From Ancylonema sp. (Eukaryota): 64,000 nucleotides of DNA. Location of the stretch: NCBI GenBank assembly GCA_050230475.1, contig JBFLGF010000136.1, forward strand, positions 1 to 64,000. Direction: 5' to 3'. This document shows, one piece after another, positions 49,145-62,007 of this stretch. Under the pieces are notes generated by a model, which saw only the letters and a program-made list of their open reading frames with translations, was not told where the DNA came from and ran no database searches. Made by a program: the position numbers and the translations under genes. Position 1 is the first letter of the stretch. Each line of letters starts with the position of its first letter.

Positions 49145-50325
49145 CCCTTAAATATCTGAACACTTGGTGTAAGGCCTTGATGTGAGCAGTCCCAGGATTA
49201 CCCATGTGTTTTACCAGTACCCCCAGTGCATGTGCAATATCCGGTCTGGTTTGTTTCATTGCATAAATGATTGACCCAATTTTTCCCCGGAATTATGTTA
49301 TCTGTTCAGGTGTAGGGGGAGTAAGAGGTTCATCCTCTTCGTGAAATGTCAGCCCAAGTGGTAAGGGTAGTTTGATAGGGTTACAGTTTGCCATCCCAAA
49401 ACGTTTCAAAACTTGTCTTATGAACCCTCCCTGATGCAATGTGAGCACCCCCTGTTGTGTGTCCCTTTTCACTTCCACCCCCAGGATATGGGTTAGGGCC
49501 CCAAGATCCTTCATTTTAAATTTCCCGTACACTTCCTGTTTGAATGCTTTAATGACCAACTATCAGTTTGGACCAACTATCACTTGATCATCTATATTGA
49601 TCCCCACTTTGATTCGTGAGTGTCCTATCCCCCTGGTGTATATGCATGTGTCCATGACGCACTGTTTGAACCCTATACTAAGCATGAAGGCTGTGAACAT
49701 CTCACCCCAAACCTTGCTACTTTGTTTCAGTCCGTACAATGTCCCCCTCATTCTCAAACTTTTCCATCAGCCCCTCCCACAATCTCCATGAACGGTGGAA
49801 TCTTCATATATACTTCTTTCGTCAGTCTTCCGTGCAAGAAAGCAGTTACCACGTCCATTTGTTCAATTTCCCAACCCTCCTGATTCGCGATAGCTAGTAG
49901 AAGAGAGATAGAGGTACTATCTACTACAGGTGCGAATATTTCCTTACAATCCACTCTTTCTTGTTGTAAGAAACCCTGGGCGACGAGTTTGACTTTATAT
50001 CTTTCAAGGGCTCCCATGGGTGTGTATTTGATTTTGAATACATATTTACACCCCACAGCCCTTTTACCTGGCGGAAGTTTACACACCTCGAAGGTGTTGA
50101 AGTCCCCCAAGCTTTTTAGCTCCTCCTTGATGGCAGCTAACCACTGATCCCAGTCTGGCCTTGTCATGGCCTGGTTCAGCGTCAAAGGGTCGGAGGAGTC
50201 AGCAGACATGCCCACCATGCAGAATCCAGGGTCAGAGGGGCCGTTGAAGCCTGTGAAGAAGCACGTTGCCTCCCACTCCTCGTCTTGAATAGCTGCTTCC
50301 AGCGTCGAACTCCTCCCCATCATAT
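49145..50325 (-). pseudogene. Near-identical duplicate of Copia RT segment 42738-43927
   Basis: Almost base-for-base match, including the same TGA-TAG double stop after VIVGPN. Confidence 0.9.
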
Positions 50326-52125
50326 TGAAGGATCAGCCATAGTGGGCCAATCCCTTGCCTGCCGTACAGGTCTTAAATTCGCCGGCTCTCCGAACTCTCG
50401 TGAATTACATGCAAAGCCAAACTGTCCGTGACAAATGGCAAGACACCAATAAACTAGAATCCCACTGGAAACAAAAGCGATGATGGTATGAATTATTTGT
50501 TATGAAAACTCCGTAGAGAATATATTGAATTTGCCTCACAAGCCGAGGACAAATCGGTTTATTCAACCGAAGCGTAGGTTGACTTAAGTCTACTCGCTAA
50601 CGTCATTTCCCGTGAACACAATAATGTGACTATTCATATTCACCCCATTGGTGCACACTCAACTATGCAAATCTAGTGCAACTTAGTCCGGTACTAGAGT
50701 AAACCGGTACGAAGTCATAGTACTCGCTTCCGCGCCCATTGCGCCTAAGTGCAACCTACATAATTGTCGATTCACATCCTCATGCATATTGTATCGACTC
50801 ACAACATAGACACAGATGCACAGTATAGTCACATCTCCGGTCCACGCTAATTCTTCAATTATTACTATCGCCACAATTCGGCATTTCCCTTGATTAAAGC
50901 ACTAATTTACTTCATTCCCCCTCTCTTTACTACAAGTCAAATGCCCGATGACCCTATGCTTTGTTTATTTTGTGTTCTTCTCCTCCTCCTCCAGAACATG
51001 TCCACTACATGTCTAGCACTCTACTCTTCTAGTGCTATCATACCCCATAAGGCATTTTCCCTCTACAGCACTTTCACCCCTACGTGCTTCGTAAGTTGTT
51101 CCGCCGCCATTGACTTGGTAGGCACAAAGTGCAACTCCACCTCTCCACTCTCCACCTTCTCCCTCACGTAATGAAACTTGATGCCAATATGCTTGCTCCT
51201 CTTGTGGAAGACGGGTTCTTGGCGATTTTCATAGCCGATTGATTATCACACAAGAGCAAGACTTTCTCACTCTCGATTCCCATCTCCCTTTGGTACATCC
51301 CCAAGTACACCCCCTCTTGAACCGCAAAAGACATCGCCATGTACTCCGACTCCGCTCCGTGCCGTGGAGCTCAAAGCCACCACCTCTTGGAGCTTGCTCC
51401 CCCACGAAATCGCCACTCCCGCACTCATGAAGACATACCCCGAGCGCCCCCTCTTAGTCTCCATGTCACTCCCGTAGCTCGCGTCGGTGTAGCCCCACAC
51501 CTCTACCTCCTCATCATTCCCGTAGAAGAGCCCCTTGTCAATTGTCCCCACCAAGTACCTCACTACCCTCTTCGCCGCCTCCCAATGCTTCACCCCCGGA
51601 TTCTGGCAAAAACGGCTAAGTGTAGAAACCGCCATCGCAAGGTCGGGACGAGTCCACACCGCGAGATACATGAGACTCCTCACGAGGTTCCGGTAGGGGT
51701 AGCGCGCCATCTCTTTCTCCCCCTCCTCCGAGGTGGGGGAGTCTTCCACCCCTAAGACCACTCCCGACTCAAAGGGGGTGGACACCGCCTTCCCCCCCTC
51801 CAAGCCGTACTTCCTCACCAAATCCTCGACATATCTTCCATTGCCCGAGGAACACCCCCCCGTCTACGCCCCGAGTGATCTCTATCCCCAACACGAAAAC
51901 CGCACTCCCCAAGTCTTTCATCTTGAAGTTGTCACTAGGCCCCGCTTTGACCTCCCCGAGAGACTTCACACTCTTCCACATAAGAAGGAGGTCGTCTACA
52001 TATAGATAGATGAAGACCCTCAAGTCTCCTACCCCCACTACATACATCCGTGATCCGAGAAGAACCGCTCAAACCATCGAAAGAAGCACACCGCATCTAT
52101 CGTCTGGTTCCACATCCTCTCGGCG
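50326..52125 (-). mobile_element. Second copy of the 31553 Copia (3' LTR 50326-50642, RNaseH/RT)
   Basis: Highly similar to 31553-33345, with the same LTR boundary TGAAGGATCAGCC. Confidence 0.9.
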
Positions 52126-52676
52126 CTTGCTTTATAATTATGCTCAGCCCGATGATTTACGCAAACTTCTGAGCATATTTTGGGAAAATTAGCGACAAGA
52201 TATGCGTAAATCAACCGGCAGAATGTCCTGAGCATAATTATTCTGATATGCGCAGGCCGTAACGTTCGCCATTTTGGATGATTTGAGCATATTAATGGCA
52301 GAAGTCGAAAATCAGGATGATATGCGAGGCCGTAGCGGATGCTCTAACAAGTGTCAGCTCGGAATGCGTGGCTCATGAGCGAATAATCTTGCGCTCGCCG
52401 ATTCTTGCGGCTGAAATTGCGACACTCCGAGATTTACCGGTACAAGCATTGTCCGAAACGCGACTTGTGGGTTGCGTTATAACGACTCTGGTCGGGCTTC
52501 GTTGCACCGACCAGGGTACGTCGGTTGCCGTCTCAAAATGCTATCACGTGGGTCTGCATGCCCCGGTACGGTTACCCCAGCAGTCCACGCAGCAGACGCT
52601 ACCGTAGTAGCGTCTGGCTGGTAAAAGGCGCAGCGGCCTCGCTGCGGCCATTATTACTGTACTTGAACTGTCCACC

Positions 52677-54013
52677 ATGACTGTCGCAAGCGAGCCTTCT
52701 ATCGACGTTGTCGACCTGTCTCTTCCTGCGGCTCAAGCAGCTGCGGCCCTTCGGAAGGTGAGGGATGGGTATCAAGTTGCATGTGATTCAGCCGTCCCCA
52801 AATTTTCGGCACCAGATTAGAGTGCACAATTTAATTCCAAACGCTTACGAAAATTTGTCCTTCGTCTTCCATACATTCTACATTCAATTCAGAAATGCTA
52901 TAACGCAAGAATCACCAGCACCCGACTCCCCACAGGCCTGCGAGGAGGTCGGATTCTTCTATCTCGTAAACCATGGGATCGAAGAAAGTCTGATCTCCGA
53001 AGTCTTTTCCCAAAGCAAAAAGTTTTTCGATCAGCCCCTAGTGGAGAAGCTGCGTGTCGAGCAGGACGGCAACAACCGCGGGTACACCGCCTTCGAGGAA
53101 GAGACCCTCGACCCTGACCACCAGTCGCGAGGGGACACCAAGGAGGGGTACTACGTCGGAACTGAAATCCCTCTTACCGATCCGAGGGCTGCCAAGCCGC
53201 TGCACGGCCCCAACCAATGGCCAGCCGAAGGTACCGCCCATCCCCGCCACAACCTCTCTTGTGGAAGTCTGATGTCACGTGTCTCCGTATGCACAGATTT
53301 TTTGCCAAGGTGGCGTGAGACCATGATGACGTATCACGGCGAGGCCATCACTTTGACCCATAAGCTTGCCGAGATCCTCGCCCTCGCTTTGGACCTCCCC
53401 CCCGACTTCTTTCGTCGTCCCGGCTTCTTTGACGACCCCATCGTTTCTCTCCGCCCCCTCCACTACGCCCCCGTGGTGTCCAACCCGGAGGAGGGCGTGT
53501 TTGGGGCAGGGGCCCATTCCGACTACGGCATCTTCACATACCTCGTCACCGACACGGTGGGCGGATTGCAGATTTGTCGCGACAAAAGCGCGGACCCCCA
53601 AGTGTGGGAAGCGGTGGAGCCACGGGAAGGGTAGGGGGCCGTCCCATGCCGTCCTCGCTCGTTGTAAAGAAAACTGAAGCTGATGTCCGGCGGGGATGGG
53701 GGTGAATGGGTGAGCGGGTGGGTGGTTTAGGGCCCTCATCGTTAACCTCGGCGACATGCTTGAGCGATGGACCAACGGAAGATTCAAGTCGACTTTACAT
53801 CGCGTGGTTACGCGAGGCCAGGAACGGTACTCGGTGCCCGTGTTTGTGGAGCCCAATTTCGATTGTGTGGTGAACTGCCTCCCTACTTGCTGCTCGGAGG
53901 AGAACCCACCCAAGTACACCCCGATCACGTGTGGGGAGTACTTGTTGGGTCGCTACAATGCCACACACGCACACTTTGTGGAGCACGGGCAACAAGAAGT
54001 TGCGGGAGCGTGA
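52677..54013 (+). CDS. 2-oxoglutarate/Fe(II)-dependent dioxygenase (DIOX_N plus 2OG-FeII_Oxy). Exons 52677-52757, 52936-53230, 53297-53630, 53731-54013
   Basis: IDVVDLS..ACEEVGFFYLVNHGI, HGPNQWP, GAGAHSDYG, LIVNLGDMLERWTNGRFKSTLHRV, RYS. Splice phases are consistent. Confidence 0.93.
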
Positions 54014-54349
54014 TGGGATGGTTGGAACGAGTTGACATGTTGTGATGATTTGAGGTTGTGGTTTTATCCGATGAGAATTTCGGGAACAAAAAAGGACAAT
54101 TTGAATCACATGCGATGTATCCCAAAGGAGGATAATGATGGCGTAAATGACGGCTATTGCACTTAGGGGTGCAATATCACTCTTAGAAGATGACGTAGAA
54201 GTTCGACCTACTTGTGGGTTGAATCATAGTGGCGAAGCGCATGCTTTCCACACTGCTGCCCCGTTTGTTTATTCTCCACGCCCTCGTTTTAAAGTACCCG
54301 CCCAAACCATCATCACGAAAGTAACATGTTAAAGTATTATTCATGGATG

Positions 54350-55150
54350 AACCAACTTCATCTCCGAATTGTTACTTCCAAACAATGGTTTCCGCCTGTG
54401 GAGCAAAGTTGCACTAAACAACGGATGGTATCGTGATCAATGGTGACTTGATTTGCGCAGCAAAGGAATGTCGCATCTTGAGGATTCTTTGAGGATGGTA
54501 ATGTAAGGAAAAAACAAAACTTTGTTGCACCCAAATCACATCACCGGATAACATGAGGCGCCTAAGACCACAAGAGTCGACCCTGCTAAAGACGTATCTT
54601 CTTTTTGACATTGTTCCTACAATCAGTGGCAACCACCAACTTTGGGCCATGTGGTTGTTCACCACCCTCGCAACGTACTTCGCTCTATTGACCAATGTGT
54701 CGAAACCGTCTTCCAAGATACTTCCGAATTGTAGTAATTCCAAGGCCCTCTAGAAGCAAGGGTAAGCGCAACCATTTCAGGCGAGAGTAGAAACTCTCGA
54801 CACCATGATCATTCAGGAAGGCTAGAACTTAGGGTCACCCCTCCAATCCCATCATTGAAGGCGCATAAATCCAATCCTTGCAACTCCTATTATTTCGAAA
54901 TGGAATTCTTGCATGTTGTACTTTGGTTGAGTCCTAGTTGCGCCGCGGATGTTTTAAAATATTATCTTGATGACATAGTTGGTGTGAGTGCCTTCTTCTG
55001 CCATCGATGCAAGAATAAAGCACTACTCTCTCTGAAAACTCTTGAAACGACAGATCACGTCATTACAAGCGTGGACACAGCAAAAGTGTAAGCTTGAAGT
55101 AGAGAAGTCTGATTACAGAATTCTGCATGCAAGGCTAGACCTTGTACAAT
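54350..55150 (-). pseudogene. Possible degenerate LINE remnant
   Basis: One frame reads YSRLKWLRLPLLLEGLGI, resembling the post-RT W..P...GGLGI motif of L1/Tx1 LINEs. Otherwise decayed. Confidence 0.3.
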
Positions 55151-56633
55151 CGATTCTGGTTCGTGCCCCCTCCTAGTCAAAGGATCTCTACCGATCGAAC
55201 TAATGAGTCAACACCAATCATATTCTAGTATTGTGCCAAGTCACCTACTCTTATCGACATGTCTGCCACGTCTGCCAAGTAACATCACAATCATATCGAC
55301 GGGCAAAACGACAAAATCGAGAAAGCTAAACTTAAGCCCTAAATATAAAGATAAAAGTTCACAGACCCTAAAAACTGACAGTTGGGCCCTATCAATCTCG
55401 CAATCTCCGATCCAGCACCTACCGGATCGGGGGCGCCGATCGTAGATGATTTCCGATCGGGCGCCCATCCAAATCGACTCCGATTCGGCCCCGATCCGGA
55501 TCGAGGATCCGGCGGGACTGGGCCCAACAATGCTAGTTTGGAACAACAAGTCAAGCCAAGGACGTTCATATATAGCATGCCGTTTGTTTTAGAAACATGT
55601 CAAGTTCATAAAAATACCGATAGAATACCTCCAAACCGTCTAGCCGCTGTGATCTCGTCGAATTGCCCGGAATCATTTCGGACACAAAACCGAATCCGGA
55701 ACCAAAACATAGCCGAACCCGAAACCCAAAAAACAACGATGGGCTTTCAAACAGTGTAGGACAATCATGGCTGCAATCGACCGAAGAATTGCACAATGTT
55801 GTTGGAGGACGACAACTACTCATAAAAATTTCTAGCTTTATGGTTGAATACATACATGTGCCGATCGCAACCCCATATCCGCCTCTCTTCATGAAACCCG
55901 ATGCATCATTGAAGAACAAATTCACGTGAATCATAGAGAGAACTATCGATGTTCAACACTTCATAATCTACGAGCCATAAGACCTATTCATATTGTCCTC
56001 TTAGTCACGTAATGCTCACTTCTGAACGACCAAAAAAAAAGTCAATATGTAAGGTATGAAGCAAACGTTGAAATAAACACAAGAAGAAACAATGCAGAGA
56101 ATTGACGTGAAATATTGTATCCTTGATTTTCCCTACGAGGCTCTCGACCCCTTCCGATCCATTCAGTCCGATTTGTACAATGGAAAGGCAGTCCCATCAG
56201 TGCACGAACAGTACAATCTCGACGATTGTCCACGACAAGAAACGACGCGTGACTCCACGGCTTTGTCCCCCCATTCAACACGGAACACTGTACAGGGGTG
56301 CCTCCAACTCCTTTGAGGTGAATTCGTACCCGACCCGAGGTGTGCACAACACAAGGCATATGTACAAAAGGGGGATGGAAGCTCCCATAACACATGGAGC
56401 CGTGAGGACACTCTTCACGTCCATTTCTCACGCCGTGTCCACACGCACCGACGATTCGTTTTGAAGCATTGCGTTGCGACCTGAGTGGTCGGTGGCGACC
56501 AACTTCAAACTTCGGTCACTCTTTCGCGGCACAGTGAGAGAGTCAACTCTGTGGTCAACTATGTGTGACTGTGTGAGAAGAGCCAAGTGACACTCTTTGG
56601 CGGATGGTTGAAGTCAAGACGATATCAACATTG

Positions 56634-57836
56634 TTAAAATTGTCCGGCTCGAATGTCTCTGTCTAACCGCTCCGCATTCAGTGTCCCTGGGAGCTCTTCG
56701 AAGTTGGGGTTGAAAATGGAGTAGGCACTGCAGTGGAAAATGGGGTAGGATGGAGGGGATTCGATATCCAATGCGGCAAGGCTGATGGCTATCGATAAGG
56801 AAATACTATGTTCGAAACAAGGGACTGTAAGGCGATTTTGTGTGCTTGTTTAAGTACACGTTTTATCGTCTAGGAGGACGAAGAGAGGTGGCCATCTTGG
56901 TTGATTTCTGTGATCCAAGGCGGGAAGGTAGAACGAGTACCTCGCCTCTCCTGCTTCTCTCTTCCCCAAGTTGAGTAAGATGACAGCGAAGCAGGACACG
57001 AGAATCTGCACACCACTTCCCATGTCATTTTCTTCCTTCCTTACTTCCTGGACTTTTTCAGCACGCGCGCGCCCTGTGGCCTTACATAGAGCGGCCCCAG
57101 TTCCCAATAATGTGCCAGAGGCGCCGCCAGGAACCATGTGAGGAGGAGGCACCACGTGCGAAGGCGCAGCCAGAAGACGGCCACCAAGAGGTAATCCGGC
57201 ACGTGCAGGCGATGCTTCAGGAGGTGGGCGAGCTGCCTCTCCACCCACGTGGCAGAGGAGGGCAACTCAAAGACCTGGAAGGGCCACGTCAGCGATGGGA
57301 TTGGGATAGAAATAAACACTTCTGTCCTGTCTGTGTGCTCCACGACCTCTGTCAATAAATACAGCATGTACTCTGATGTGAGTGGGGATGTGCCACGTGT
57401 TATCAATCGAAGCTCACCAGTTCCTCCTCCGCTTGGTCGTCCGTGCGCGGAGGGGGCGGTGGCCGCGGAGGGGTGACCATCGCAATGACCGTATCTGAAG
57501 CCAACCCAAGCAGACAAGTCGAACATAAGATCCAGCCTGAGTGACGTGGATGTGTGAGTTCCTTACCGCCATCCTTCAACGAAGCGGTCTCGTTGCTGTC
57601 CAACGAAACGACTTTTCCGTGAAGCACGACCTTCAGTTTCTCGGCGGGCAACCCCGTGAACTCAGCGATACGTGCACGGAGAGCGGCGCTCTGCGTAGCG
57701 ATTAGAAGAAGAGTGAATGAGCATCGTGCCTCAAAACGGCTAAAGGGCTACCTTTGTTCCTTACCGTGATGCCTTGCGCCACTTCCAACTGCTTCGCTTT
57801 CGCGCTGCCCACCGTCTTCACGACAATCAAAATCAT
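56634..57836 (-). CDS. Ubiquitin-like plus SAYSvFN-domain membrane protein (SAYSD1-like). Exons 57836-57765, 57690-57567, 57494-57418, 57274-57086, 57005-56941, 56727-56634
   Basis: UBL-like LRARIAEFTGLPAEKLKVVLHGK, hydrophobic segment, then GEASAYSIFNPNFEELPGTLNAERLDRDIRAGQF*. All phases fit; start codon tentative. Confidence 0.85.
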
Positions 57837-58624
57837 CTCGTGCCCTGCCGTACACTCACTGCGCAACCAGGAGGCTTCCCTGGGCACCTCTCCGGTTCCA
57901 TCCCGCAACCATTCCTCGCCACGGATGACGTAGAGGCACAGCACTCGCCACGGAACTCACCACGGACGAGAACCATTATGGCGCATACCGGAAGTAGCTT
58001 TGCGCCTCCATGCGCCACTCATGTAGTTGTAACCGGATGGCGCAACTCATTTTGGGCGGTTTGGCTCCACGAAGTTGCATCGCAGCTACTGAAGCATTAT
58101 CGAAGGTGGGCCTGGAAATTCCGCGACAGTACACTGGAAGCTGCAGTTGCTTACATGTCACCCGACAGTGCCCTACCACGCCATGTGATTGCGAAAGGCG
58201 ACAAACGATTCAGCACGGTTTGCAATCATTTTAGCTACTGGAAAAGTAGTGTACCTGTACAAAATGCAGCCCAAGTAGGTCTACGTGTTCTCTACGTGGA
58301 AGGCATCCATGTCTCCGGGGAAGCCACAGCAATGTTCTTTCTGTACGTTCTTGTCGTTCACGTCCGTTTACTGTACTATGCCGGATATTTTTGGACCTCG
58401 AGAAACGTCGGTGCGACTTGTTACCGAATGGCGGTCAGTCGATTCCGATGGCGGCCAGTTTGGAATCCACTCGCTGTATCCAGCCTCTGCGTACTGCCCC
58501 ACCATTACAGCAAGAAAAGAGGCTCCCAGACTTCAAACGTGACCTGCCATTGCACCTGACCGGTTTGTAAAACATATTGACAACTTCAGTGCGCTTGCAC
58601 GACTTCCCATCCGCCCCTCCTCTG

Positions 58625-59280
58625 ATGGGACGCACTGTGGCTGTCCTGGTGGATGAGCGGTGGTCCTGTGGAGATGCGGCATTCAATTGCGCCATTCGGA
58701 ACCACCTTTCGCCTTCCTCAGAGGACGACCGCCTTCTCGTCTTCTACTGCCGACCAGAAGATGTGACAGGTCAACACCACCTCGTCACTTTAATAAAATT
58801 CGTACTTGGCAGTTACAACTCCGTTGTACGTCCACAATTCCGCGTCCACTGACGTTAATCCTCCCCCTCGATTCGCTCCCCCCAGCCGACATTCGCCTCA
58901 CCTCCCCCCAGCAAGTCCAGCACTTCTACCTCATAGTTAAGCCGCTGGAGGAGCTCCATCGCCGCCTCTCTGCTCGCACCCGTTGGCGGTTCGCGGACAA
59001 ACTCGCAACCGACCACGGGGCGTCGCGGTGGTCCTTGCGCGTGCTCGAGATTCAGGGCTGCGCGGTGCCAGCTGTCGTGGCTGCCTGTGAGGAGCACGGG
59101 GTGGATGTGCTGGTGGTGGGGTCGAGGGGGGGCGGGAGGCTATGGCGACTCCTCTTCAGTGTAGCCGAGGCCATTCAGAAGCGTGCCACGTGTACCGTGG
59201 AAGTGGTGATTGTGGAGGGCAGATTGAAGCGGAACAAGGAGAATCAGATTGTGCCTTGTGTATGGGTGGACGCAGAGTAG
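58625..59280 (+). CDS. Universal stress protein (USP/UspA-like) domain protein. Exons 58625-58769, 58886-59280
   Basis: MGRTVAVLVDE..AFNCAI N-terminus; VDVLVVGSRG...SVAEAIQKRATCTVEVV C-terminus; phase-1 GT-AG intron. Confidence 0.78.
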
Positions 59281-59804
59281 ATATGGGTGGACAGCAGAGT
59301 AGATATGCTTCATAGGTGTACCCCCCCGCGCGCCCTATTCAAGAAGTAAGGAAGTACCTATTTTGTAGTTATTTCAGCCTTTGTACACTCTTGTACAGCC
59401 GTATAATGATCTGTGCATAGTATTTGTATTCATTGTAGCGTGACGTGCCTATCAGGGCCCATCTCAATAGCTCTTTGGTGAAGCAAGTAGGCCAATGATT
59501 TTGATTGTCGCAGGCAGGAGATTGAATTGAGCAAAAAAATTGATTGTGTATAATTAAAGATCATGTCCCTTTGTGTCAAACTCTTTTCGCCTCGTCTACG
59601 CAATAATGCACGAGGCTACCCGCACTTGAGTGCTCATTTTTCGCCAAAACCTTGCCATTGTCCCTCCACATTGTACAAAGTCCACTGCGTGCACAAAAAA
59701 GTATGCAACCAAACCCCGAGCAGACATTCTGAACAACACACTCGTGTGAAACCGGATCCCTCCTCTACATCTCCCACCGAAAGCCGCCCTCTGCCCCCTC
59801 CTCC

Positions 59805-61406
59805 TCACAAGTCCGCCTCTCCCTTCCCTTTCACGAACACCTGTGCCCCCCTCATCCCGTTCCAGAACGCTTTCGCCCCCATGGCCTTCTTGCTCACGGG
59901 CTGCAATTCCACCACCTCCACCACCGACCCGTCCTCACACACCAACTGGAGACAATCCCCACCGCTCCACCGCACACCCACCTCACACCCCAGCTCCGCG
60001 GGGGGCTCCCCCACCCCATGGCCCACGCGGGTGGTCAGCAGTTTCACGACCACTTCCTTCTCCCCCCCCCCCTCCTCCCTCACGACCAGATTCAGTCTGG
60101 TTCCGGGCCACCCAGCAAAGGCACGCACCTGACACAGAAACGGGAAAGACATACGGTAAGGTGCGGAATAACCCCCCCCCCCCCCCTCAACCCTGCGTCT
60201 GCTCCCCACCTTGTTGTGCACAATCGCGGCCGAGGGTAGGGAGGTCAACAGACCCTCCTCTGCACGCACCTTGGCAGCGTGGGTTGCCGCTGCCTCCTCC
60301 TGAGGAGTAGCAGTGGGGGCAGCCGACCCATCCAGGATGGCGGGGAGGTGGGACAGGAGGAGGGAGGTGCCTATGTCGAAGAGGTGGTGCAAGAGGTGGG
60401 GAGCATTGATGGAGTCGTCCACCTCTGTCATCTCCTGCGCAAGGATGGGTCCAGCGTCCATGGAGCGAACCGTGAAGGCAAGGGAGACACCCGATTCGCG
60501 CACGCCATCCTGAGGCCACCCTACCACCAACCACCCTCGTTTGTTGAGAGACACTCCATCCCCCCCTGTGTAAAGTGTGGACCCCTCACCTCCAGCGCCC
60601 TTTGCACAGGCGAGGCCCCTCTGTATAGGGGCAGCAGGCTGGGGTGGATGTTCACTGTGCCTCTACGAGGAATGGCGAGTAATTTGTTGGGAAGCACATT
60701 GCCATAAGCGGCGGTGACACAGACGTCAGGGGCCAGCTGTGCTAGGGTGGCAAGAAACGCCTCCTGGGGAGAAGGTGGGAAGGAGGGTCCGACCTCAGCT
60801 GGTTGGAAGCAGTGGACAGTGGACAGTGGCAAGAGAGAGGGCACTCACGTCTTTGGCGGAGTCGGGTGTCAGGATTCGGTTTGGAGGAAAGCCGCGGTCG
60901 GCAGCCAGTTGAGCCACGGGGGTGGGGGTCAAGTCCTGAGCGCGCCGCCCCCGACCGCGACTCGACGGGGGTTGGCTCACCACTGCGGACACCTGGAAGG
61001 GTGGGAGAGCGTAAGATATCATGCAGCCGGGTATAGCATGGCAGAGGGGGCGGATTTGGCCTGCCTGGAAGCTTGAGGATGGCTGCTCTGACGCATCAAG
61101 TAAACGGGCCAAAACCGAAGCAGCAACCTGGGGTGAACTGGCCACGTCGCTCTTGCTCGCGTCAGCTGAGCGGGATCGTAGACGATCCTGAATGCATCGA
61201 AAGATAGGAAAGCTGCGAGGGAAGCAGGGTTGTCACACCTCGGGTGTTCCTAAATATACGAGGCTGCTTTTCGCCGGAGTAGCAGCCGTCGTACTCTGAC
61301 ATCGAATCCTGATTGTCCTCGACCTCCATGCGACGTGATCCCTCCGAGACGAAGACAGAAATCTAAACCTGAGAACCGATGCAGTAGCGATTGGAACCGC
61401 TATCAT
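59805..61406 (-). CDS. FMT: Organellar methionyl-tRNA formyltransferase. Exons 61406-61239, 61127-61065, 60992-60849, 60763-60590, 60509-60210, 60128-59805
   Basis: [68 protein letters not shown]. Targeting-peptide-like N-terminus. Confidence 0.92.
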
Positions 61407-62007
61407 CGAATTGAAAATTGACGTCGAATATCTGCACCGAGCAGGAGACTAGGCTAGCTGTACTTCACAACAGAGACGTCCGATACCTTTTTTACCAGTC
61501 GTGGACTGAAGTGGTCACTCTAATTCCACGACTTCCGTTACTGGAAACAACTGTGCGAAGGCTTGCCTACAGGTCTCTGGCAGAGAATAGAGAGCTGTGC
61601 TGAACTGGCGCATTTAAGTGTCGTGGAAAATACCCTTAAATTCAGGGCCTAAATCGACACATTTAGGCAACCCGTCTGAAAGGTTCAGGATTCAAATTAC
61701 GTTGAAACGGGGGAGGTGACAGCTGGATCCCAGCCCGGCTTGCGATCCGATTCCCAGCCCCACAATTTGAGCCAGCCGTCAGAGGGGATCCACCCAACCA
61801 CGCCTTCCCCACCACACAAGTCAGCATGCCGCCCAAGCTAGGAGGCTCTCTCGTCTGACGGGATGCACACTGCCACCCCCACAGCAGAGTGAACAGCAGG
61901 GGGGGTTTCCTTCATCTGCTCTAGCTCCTCGTAACGAGATAGACACAGACGCAGAATCCGCTGCAGACGGACTTCGATCGACCGACTGCCATCGATACCC
62001 CTGGACG

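Noticed and set aside
57774..58559. 261-aa ORF between the SAYSvFN and USP genes
   Set aside because: It has no recognisable domain, a TTG start, and overlaps the opposite-strand gene. Probably promoter or 5' UTR.
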